A DNA stretch of 45,313 bases from Klebsormidium nitens (lineage: Eukaryota > Plantae > Klebsormidiophyceae): contig DF237617.1 of assembly GCA_000708835.1 (NCBI GenBank), forward strand, positions 1 to 45,313, written 5' to 3'. This document shows positions 1 through 9,700 of this stretch, piece after piece (positions within the stretch are counted from its first letter, which is position 1; each line of letters begins with the position of its first letter). A model generated the notes under the pieces. The model made no database searches. It was not told the origin of the DNA and saw only the letters and a program-made list of their open reading frames with translations. Made by a program: the position numbers and the translations under genes.

Positions 1-300
1 CTAGCTCTGGGAGTATTTTGGGAGTTAGTGGTCTCGGTGATCCGGTGGCATTTCTAGTTCAATACACGCGGCATGACCCGTAGTGCGTTTGCGAGGTACT
101 AGGTAGATACTAGAAACTTGAAAGGTGGTGTCGGACAAGGTACTGGTAGTAGTAAGTACCGGTATAGGTAGGCATGGTACTCGTTAAGTGTAGGTATGTA
201 CCGTATCGGTAACTTCTGTACAGTGTGTACGATTAGGTACTAGGCATCCAGATTCCAGTCAGGGTACGTGGTCCCTGGCCTAATGTTGACACCACGTCCT

Positions 301-463
301 CAGCTCTTTGTGTCAAACCTGCCACCGGGTTTCACATAATCCGATCATGGTTCCTGATCTTGAACCGTTCGATCGACGACAAGGCAGTCATCGGACGGCT
401 CAAGATCAGGAATCACGCTTCAAGATTTCTGGAACCCGATGGCAAGTTTGACGCAAACAGCTG
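301..463. repeat. Long imperfect inverted repeat / fold-back element
   Basis: Arm 301-333 (cagctctttgtgtcaaacctgccaccgggtttc) pairs with 432-463. Inner arm 351-373 (ttcctgatcttgaaccgttcgat) pairs with 390-412 at 21/23. The loop is 16 nt. Confidence 0.8.
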
Positions 464-482
464 TAACGTCTCGGAAATGTTG

Positions 483-669
483 AGTGGCACGGACAATTCG
501 CACCAAAAATAATTCTGACGGACTTGGTGCGAAAGAGTCCGGAAATCATTTGAGCATAAAGGTGCCCGGTTAGAGGGCTAAAAACTAGTCTTAACCCGCG
601 TTTGCGAACTGATAAGACAGAATAATGTAAATTTGTCGTAAAAGGCTGGTCCGAATTGTCCGTGCCACT
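483..669. mobile_element. MITE-like element with perfect 18-bp terminal inverted repeats
   Basis: agtggcacggacaattcg (483-500) is the exact reverse complement of 652-669. There is an internal 10-bp IR (ttcgcaccaa/ttggtgcgaa) and no coding capacity. No clear target-site duplication. Confidence 0.5.
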
Positions 670-936
670 GTGGTAATTCTGAGAGTACGGTACTAGTAGG
701 CGGCAACCTCAGACGGTTTAGCTAGCACCGGATTCCTCATTTCTCAGTGCACGAAGGATCAGGCTGGCAATTTGCAAGTCTTCATATTAAGATTCTTGGC
801 AGACGGTCTGCAGCTCCGTAGTGCACCTTTACCTAATTTGGCAGAAGAGAAGCTGCACGGAAGTGATTCTGCCCACCATTTTCCAGACGCAAGACATTCG
901 TTTTTGCAGAGCCTGAATCCTTTGGAGTGCCGCAAA

Positions 937-3900
937 ATGGCCCTTTCTGGAGTCGGGACCATGGTCTGGGTCGTGGCTGTTGTCCTCTCGGCTGCAGTGA
1001 TGGTTTCAGAGGCACGTTCCCTTTTGCAAGGTAAGCAGACAAGGGCTGGCCACCTGGTCCTACCGCCAGGGATCTGTTGAATCTGAGCGCCTGTTCATGA
1101 TCACAATATTCCATTGTTGCTGGAGGACAGAAACGATGTCACTTAGCACATATCCTTACCATGAGACACATCATTTGTTGGGAGCAGCAGGACCTGAAGA
1201 GCTGGGCAAAGCACTTGGCACCGCTGACCCACTTAATTTTGCGGTGGAGGATATGGGCAAAAATAAATGAGCGAAAATCCAAAGAGCCACTGCTTTTTGG
1301 ATTATTGCGCTGCTTTCAGATAGATGAGAATTTCACTAGAAGAAAGCACACTGGCAGTCTTCTACGGCGCCTCAAGGGCCTCCATCGTCTAAATCTGCAC
1401 AAGCATTTACTTCACCAGACCATGAAGGATTTGACAATGCTGTGATCTGCTGAACAGATACAGCCTTCAAAGAATTTCCAGAGGCAACTTCAAATCGACA
1501 ATGCGCTCCTTAAGAACAGTCCGCACTTTAAGCCCCTCTGAACTGGTTGGAATATCCACTTGTAATGCCCTTGCAATTCTCCCCTCCTCAACTTTGCGCT
1601 CTGGAGAACGGACATGCTTTTCATCATTGTCTAGCAATAAAATTGCAAGACGGTGGCCGAAAAGCGGTGAGATTGAAAGGAGGAGCAAAAAAGCGGTGAT
1701 ATTGAAAGGTAGTGTCAAGCATCAACCTTGCCGCGCCAATGCTGTCCAAGTCCCTTCGTCCGTTTCCAGTGGCCTTTTCTCACCGCTTGCAGATCCGTGT
1801 AACCCCTGCTTCTCTGCCGACGGAAGCTCGCAGATCTGTTGTACGGGGGGCAGGCAATGCGGCCCGCTCACAAGCGCCGGGCTTCCCACATGCTCGAGCG
1901 CCGGAGGTATGCTAGCTGCACCTTTGTTGCACTCCGGTAACTCTCACATAACTCGGGAGGCGTGCGACTTACCATAGGCGCCCCGGGAGACGGGTGGGGC
2001 TAGTAGGGTGGTTAGGATGGGTTCAGGTATGCAGAGCGTAATTTCTTGGGTTAAGAGTTTGGTTATGTACCCGGAAAACCCAAAATCCTGTATGTCACAC
2101 GCCCCTCCGCTCGCAATGAAAGTCACCATTATGTCTGTTGCTTGTCCACGTTTCGGAGGAAGACTGATCTCCTCTTCACAAGAACTTTCTCGCTTTTGCT
2201 CGATCCGGGCTGAGGTGAGATTCGGGGCAGCTGTGGCTCCTACTGCTGCCTTCTAGGTGGCGGATCGAGCTTAGCTTAACGCCCAATCTACCTGAACTAC
2301 CGGGTTTGCAGCTTCACGAGTTCAGGACGTCGACTTGAAACAGACCCTGACTCAGATCGCATTTGACATCGTACAAGCCTGCAGATCTTTCAAGTGCCCA
2401 ATGTCTCCCCACTTAAAACAGTAAATTTAGATGAACGTTCAGAGGCATTTGCTGCTTATGTGAGCTGGAAAAGCTTGAACGTCCTTCCCTTTCCCAGGAG
2501 CTCGACTCACGCGCTAGATGCTCGAATCTGATCTGAAGCCAGATTCGATTCAGCTTTATATCAGATAAAAGTCACATCAAATCTGTGGTCTTCGAAAGCG
2601 GCGCAATCGATGTTTTGCAGGGCCATCTTGCAATCCCTGCTATTCCGCCGACGGGAGTTCTTCCATATGCTGCAACGGCCCCGACGCTCAGTGCGGCCCG
2701 CAGTTGGCCAGTGGTGCGCCGACGTGCGTGCCCGTCGTAGGTGCGTCACCGCAGCTTTGCACGTTCGCTGATGATTACGTCATCAATTGAACATCTTAAG
2801 GTCGTTGAGGCCAGACTTGTGCACCGCGTGCAGACTTTTTGAATGCAAGATACTCCGTGACCCCTCTGGAATCAACATGCGGAGTTCGACTTTGCTTCTC
2901 TCACAGATGCTTATCTTAGTAACCTGACCGACTTGGTCCGCTGTGACTTTTATTCCGTCGAAGCTTACTGCACCGAAAGTTGGAAGCGCAAGACGTGCCG
3001 AGTCAGTCGAGAGATATTAAGCCAACCTCTTCTTGGTTCACCCTTCCAAGCAATGCCCATCTGAGCGGCACGTCATACATCCTCAACAATAGAATCTGAT
3101 TCTGGAACTCGCGCACCACCCAACGTGTTGCCACATGTTGTACGCAGTTTCTACATATCGCTCAGCAGCGACCTTTACCACGCAATCGAGTCCAGAGAGC
3201 TGAGAGAGGAATCTATTTTCACCTCAGCACGCGCCCAAAGTTGTTGACGAGTTCACCACAGGCGAAGAAGGAACTAGGGCGGCACAGCTGTGTGCCCAAC
3301 TCTGAAAACCGTTTAGCAGATGCGGAAAAGCATAACCTGCCTTCCAAAACGAAGCTCTGAACCCCAGGCTTTTCTCCCAGCGCCCAAGGTCATCATTGAC
3401 ACTGACTTCAACACGATCGGCGACGACGGACAAGTGGTGGCCATGGCTGCTCAGCTGTATGCGCAGGGCGTGATCGACATTCTGGGCTTAACAGTCGCGA
3501 CCGGCAACGCGTGGCTGGACCAGGCAAGTTTACTGCAGACTTTCTCCAGGAACACGCGCTAGTGTAGCTTCGTGTTATATCAGCATAATGTAGGGCTCTC
3601 CGTATTGCTCCGTATTGCTTCCAAAGTTTCGGTGGGAACTTCGTGTGGAACGCTGTCACAGCCGTCCGATATTGAGCTAATGATGCCAGTCTGAGCTGCG
3701 ACAACTTTTGAGTGTTAGCATTTGGGACCTGAGGCACGTGAGCTGGACCTCTCCTACCTATGTGACTTGCCAAACGTCCTTTTCTGCTGCCCTGATTTAA
3801 GACTCACATCGTTTTCGTAGCTCGAAAAGCCACTCTTTCGGAAGACTCAAAAAGTGCAGGGTCTAGGGTTCGAACTTAAAGAGGAACGTGTGTCCGAAAC

Positions 3901-5360
3901 TGATTTTCTTGAATTCAAGAAACGGTATGGACCGTTCCAATTTCTAAGTTTGCGGTCCATTTGCAGGAGCTCGTTGAGATTCTGAAAGCCGTGGAGCGCC
4001 TTGGGATCGCAACTAGAGTGGGCGTTTACGCAGGCGCGGCGGAGCCGTTCCCGCACACCTTCGCGAACTACACCGAAGAGGTGGCTCTTTTCGGCGACGC
4101 GATTGATTACGTAGGGGCGTATGCGACCCCGCCCCCGAGCGCCAGCGATTTGGTTCCCCCCCCGGATGGGTTTGCGTCTGCGACGCAACCGAAAGCGATG
4201 AACGCGGTGGACTTTATCATTGAGCAAGTGAAGAAGTACCCCGGAGAGGTGACGATTCTGGAGATCGCCCCCGCGGAGAATGTGGCGAACGCCATCCTGA
4301 AGGACCCCAGTATTGTGCCGCTGGTTAAGCAGGTAAGGGTGAACGCTCGTCCTTCTTGAGAGGCGCACTTTACGGTTGGAGAAGGAACGGATCAATCGGT
4401 ACAACGAGAAGCAGAATGCGTCTCGCGAAAAAACCTGTAGGCGGTTGCTGAATTGGGACCACTGTAGGCTTCAGTAGCAATGTCTGGCCTCGAATACTGG
4501 GCCAGGCAAGAGGCAATTAAGATAGTCACCAATTTTCATGCGTTGAATGAAGGTTTTCAACTTCTGCAACTCCTGCCGCAACGCTCGTGGCTCGAGCGCT
4601 GACGTATTACGGACGGGCGAAGCAGCTTGAACGAAGAACTGCCAGCCTCCGCTTTTCGGTCCTGTGAAACTCGTCTACTTCACGCGGAGGCGCGAACAAC
4701 TCAATCCTAGCGACCGACAAACTTCCAGCGTTGTCGAAGATAGCCTGATCAAACACGCTGATCCCGAACGCTTCAGGAAGAGTAACTTCGAGTCAGCCCC
4801 GTTTTCGAGAATACTTGACGCTTGCTTTGCCCGACAGGTGGTCACACAAGGCGGCCAAATGTATGTGGGCGGCAACTCCTACCGCGACGTCGCCGAGTTC
4901 AACTGGTGGTTCGCGCCGGACGCCGCTCGGACGGTGCTCCGCAGCGGAATTCCGGCCTACATCATCCCGCTCGACGCCACCAACAAAATCCCCCTCACTC
5001 TAGATACGTACACAGAGATCGCGACGCACGAGCCGGCGACCATAATTACCGAGCTCTACAGGAACGCGTTCGCCGCGTTCTTTGGCCCGGGCCCCCCGCC
5101 TTATCCGCTGTTTGTGTTTGACACGCTCGCGCTCGCGTACCTGGTGGATCCGTCGCTGGCAACGGACGTCCGTACGCTGTACATCTGTGAATACGGACTT
5201 CGACGCCGAATACGGAAAGGCGCTGGTGTACCCGGGGGATTCCCCCGGGCCGGCGAATGTGAAGACGTCCAAGGTGATCTTCAGTCTGGACGTCGTCCGG
5301 TTCAACGCCCTGTACGTCGACCTGCTGACCCGCCCAGTCCCGGTGCATTTTGCGCCATGA
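937..5360 (+). CDS. Secreted inosine-uridine-preferring nucleoside hydrolase with two N-terminal Cys-rich repeats; frameshift near the 3' end (possible pseudogene or assembly error)
   Basis: Exons 937-1030 (signal peptide MALSGVGTMVWVVAVVLSAAVMVSEA), 1793-1906, 2621-2740, 3381-3523 (GC donor), 3967-4332 and 4838-5360; phases are compatible. NH motifs: VIIDTDFNTIGDDGQ (DxDxxxDD), TVATGN, AEFNWWF, IPLD, VFDTLA. The frame shifts at about 5186. Confidence 0.85.
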
Positions 5361-6722
5361 TTCTTCGTTTGCTCTGATGGTTAAAAACACTTACTGATAG
5401 CGGTTGAAGAGTGCCGTCGTCATCAAACCAGTGTCACGCAATGTAAGCAGAGCAACCGGCTTAGCAAGCTTAGGAACCGACTATTTATGTCTACCATGCT
5501 TTCGTTGGGAGCGATGTCAGCGAATCGCTCCTCCGCAGGAATACTGTCGAAGACACAGTTTGAGTCAGTTGTAGAAATTTGTTCGACCGAGAAGGCTGAG
5601 TTTAGCAAGAGGTGAATCCTGAGCAACTTAAGCATCTCAGAGCTTAGTAATTGAGTTGATGCATCTGCAAAGTTCCAGGGGACAAAAAGGCAACGCTTGT
5701 TTTGTGGATTTTGACTCAGTTGGATACTGCAAAGTCAAATACTGGCGCCTGAATTCGGCGTGCATCAGCGGATCTCTGCACCGAATCAGCCTCATCCTAA
5801 AATCGAATCACTGCGGCGTAGCTCCTAAGCCGGCGCACTTTGAAAATAAGCCTAGGAACTGCCTATACGGAGTGGCTTGGTTGGCAAGTTTACTTTCACG
5901 AGTAAACGGCGCAGCCCCAAGATCATGACAGTGATATGAAACTTACAGCTGCATCAGAATCCCAGTGGAGCAGGATGCTGACCGTTGTTACGATATTAAT
6001 TATTGTGTTACTGAATGCACTACCGTAGCGGGATCCGTCACGCAGTTTACTGAGTCAGGGAAACGTGATCAATCGTTGGCCCTACACGATACGCGTCCTC
6101 TTTTGATTCCCTGGTCATGCACGTCATGCATCATGGGCCCGCCCCTCATGGTGACTCCTGAGTAATTGCTCATCCAGCGCCATCATCATACGGTCAAACG
6201 TAGACAAGCTTTTCGCTTAGGACATCTTACATTACTACGGGCACAAAGCAGAGCTGCCGCATGGCTATTTTGAACATACATAAATGATTCTCGACCGATG
6301 CCGTCAACCTTAAAGGACTAATGTCATTCGCTCATACCTGAAAGCAGCGCAGTGGGCTTATGGCCTGCAAAGTAAGTGTCCGCGCTGCAAATGTTATTTG
6401 AGGGCTCTTGCAGCCAGACACTGCGGCCTTTCGCTGAAAGAAAGCCCAAGAAGTGTCGTGTTTCGCCATACGCTCGAAATGGGTTTACATGTACCATCAG
6501 GTGCACCTGACCGTAATGACGGTATCTTTCTTGCCCTGTCCTACCACGTTGAAACCCTTTAGCTGTTCGACCTTTCTGCATGAACTTGCACAGTGAGACG
6601 GACCATCCTCTCTGTTGGAACCGTTGATCAAGCAAGCCGATACTCATGCAAGTTCGACTGTGGACAGTTTAGCCGTTGTGAATCTAAGAACTGTCTAGCT
6701 GATCGGCTACCTAAGCGTGCCT

Positions 6723-9700
6723 TCAATCTGTGGACGAGTGCTGCAACCTACTCGCACCGGGCCCTGCTCTGGCAACCGCGGCAGGTGTGTAATCAGACAA
6801 CTTCCCGAGGGGGGTCAGTCCGCCGGATTCCGTTCCTTCGTCCAACGGATCCTCCTTGATCTCACTCAACCGCTCCGACGACGCAACTCGCAAGTCGGGC
6901 GAGGCTCTCGCTCCCTTCAACGGCGACGTATCGACCTCCGGTGCGTTTCCCCGCTCGTCTTCGGTGATTTCGCTCTGCTTGAAGCTCTTCCGCTCCTTCG
7001 GGCCGCCAGCCTTGGGCGACGTACCTTCCCCGGGCTCGTCTCCGTCCGACATACCTGCCGGAACGCAAGTGGAACGTGTCAGTGTTGTAGTTTCGGGAAA
7101 AGCTTCATCGCTCCTTTCATACTCTGTAGAAAGGCTTATGAGAAATTGCCTTTGCACCAGTGTTTGATGACCGATTTGTCTGGGCATCAATCGAACTTGA
7201 TTTTGAAAACCTCCATTCTACTATTTATCTTCAAATGTGACCGTTCTCCTTGACTGACCGAGAAAGGGAGAACCAGAGGGTAACCCGCGACGATGAGTCG
7301 ACTCCTCCTCCCGCCAGATACTACAAAACAGCCGAACACAAAACTTGCCGAGGCCGCGACTCGTGCCCCAAGTCCCGGAATCGTCTCCTTGCGAAAATAC
7401 TTCCGTCCACGAGAGAATATTTTCGACCCTACAGTGCGCTTCCCCCCAAGATGCCACGTGTCATCCTCTCGCCGCTCACCGCGCGCGCGGCTGATGGCCC
7501 GCTGCCAGCGGCCCTTGATCTCGTTGACGTGGAGCACGGTGTCGATCCGGCCCCGGATGTCCTGCATGCGGTCCTGCACCTCCTCCTGCAGCTCCTCGAT
7601 CTCGTCCTCGATGTCGCCCCAGTACACCCGGTAGATCTCCTTCCCGATGTACCCCAGCACCGCCACCGCCGTGCCTGATCGGAAGTAAAAGAATGCGTCA
7701 ATTGTGACGTCAGCAAGCAGATACGTCTGTGCAATGTTTTGGCGACTTTGGAGAGTTTCGGAAAGGCGTTCCTGCATGCTAAGAGCTGATATCCTTCCCG
7801 ACGTACCCTAGCACCCTACCGCCGTGCCAGATCGGACGAAAGAGAGTGCGTCAGACTGTGACGTCAGCAAGCATACATCTGTGCTGTCAGTTTTTGCGGA
7901 GAGTTGCCGAACGGCTTTCTTGGATGCTAAAAAGCTGATATCTTTGAGCAGATTGAGCCTCTTTGGAAAGTTTACAGTTGGCGTGCGAGCACTTTGATCC
8001 TCTGACCGCCTCAATGATGAGGAAAAATATCAGTCATGGCATTGTTGTGAATCTTGCAACGAACTCGCTGGAGCTCGCGAGAACGAAAACAGACAAAGGT
8101 GAAGAAGAGAACGAGAGTTTACTTAGGCATGCAAGATTATAGTGCAGCGCCGTATGTGACGCAAATGTGGACACGTATGCGTGCATCGAGAAGAACCGAT
8201 GGAAAGAGGCACTCACCTAGCAACGCGATGCCCTGCGCATGTGGGGATGCCATCCAGGCCATAACGATGCAGAGGGACACGGGCACCAGCATCAGACCTG
8301 CGCGCGCACACGAAGTCCTCAGCTCGTCAAAGATTCAGAGCGGCGCGAGGTCCAACTCTTGCATTTTTGTGACGAGGTCGAATTCAGTAGGTGTCGGGAG
8401 AACCTGCTCGGAGACCATCTCAGAGTCGGCCCCAGAAAAAGCGCAGCAAATCGATGTGCGAAGCCTTCTCGTGAACATCCTTCGTCAAAGCATGACCAAA
8501 AGCTTCAAGGGTCGCAACCATAGTTACAGAACATTGGCAGCGCTCACCCGCGAGCAGGTATGTAGAGACGGGGATCATGTAGGGCCGGAATGCGTCCTCC
8601 TCGCTGAAGCGCAGCTGGACCAGCGCCCCGAATTTGAGGATGGTCGAGAGGGAGTAGAAGAGCATGTCGGCCTGTGGCCAAGCGACACGTGTCAGCACAA
8701 AGGCAAACAAAACTCTGCAGTTCCGAGACTGCCCATGATGATGTTGCCTTCGACGTCAGCTCCCAAGTCGCACTTAAATTCAATTCTATGAAACACGTCA
8801 GTAATCGTAGCTCGAGGAGGAGCATCAGAGTGGAAGCTTTAACGACCCTGCGGTCGAAAGATACAAACTCCTCGATCGGACTGGCAGTAAACCTCTTGGG
8901 GACTCCCTGCGATTTGTGTTCGTTTGAGATCATCGCAGAAGCCAGGCAATTAGCTCTCAGAAGTCAGAAGCTGTTACATCCTGGTGTCGTACCTCGGCAA
9001 GGCTGGTGAAGTTGAAGCCGATGAGGAAGAGCGTGCAGGCGGACGTCAGCAGGATGGCCGCCCACGGCGTGTTGTACCGGGGGTGCAGCGTGCGGAACAT
9101 AGGTGGCGCCTGCGGTGACGGCATCGCTGACGTCAGCAACTCGTGAAGGCCTGCGTTTTCCCAGTTTTCGCTTGCATTTCTACTTGCGAGCGTCACGTCT
9201 TTCATCGACTCGGCCTTGCAAAGGCAGAGCAATCGAAACAGGCATCTTCCGAATCTTTGGAGAATCTCACAATGATTCCGCGGCTAACATGGCGCCTCAC
9301 CTGGCGAATGAGCGACATCCCGTAGACGAGCCTCGAGTTGGTGCACAGCCGCGTGAGCAGCAGCCCCAGAGCGCTCAGTGCTGCGGCCAGGCCCATCCAA
9401 ACCTGAACAAGCGTGAAGTAGCTTCAGCAACTAGAGCATCTGTACTTCGACACTTTTGAAAGTTGCGAGGACGATTTGAGCAGACTCGGCATCAGACTGT
9501 CTCTGGTACCGTGGTACACTTCTCGGAACGAGCGGAGCGGCAGAACTAACAGAACCCATGGAAGGAGAACGTGGACTACAGTTTTCATTTCTGGACCCCC
9601 ACACCATATTGGTATCCTATGCGCGCGTGGCTCAAAGATTGGTTACTTTTCAGGTCACCCGGTCGCCTGGCTTTGGCCCGTCCAGTCACAGTATTTCATT

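Noticed and set aside
90-250. GTAC/TAG-rich low-complexity tract
   Set aside because: No regular period, ORF or defined ends can be established within the window.
2231-2256. Alternative terminal micro-exon (AVAPTAAF*) giving a short secreted Cys-rich peptide
   Set aside because: It is phase-compatible, but the acceptor is purine-rich (ggggcag) and nothing else supports it.
7187-7479. Continuation of ORF 7187-7777 past ...ISRARG as the permease C-terminus
   Set aside because: A consensus donor (CGCG|GTGAGC at 7479) and an in-phase acceptor at 7123 explain the region better as an intron.
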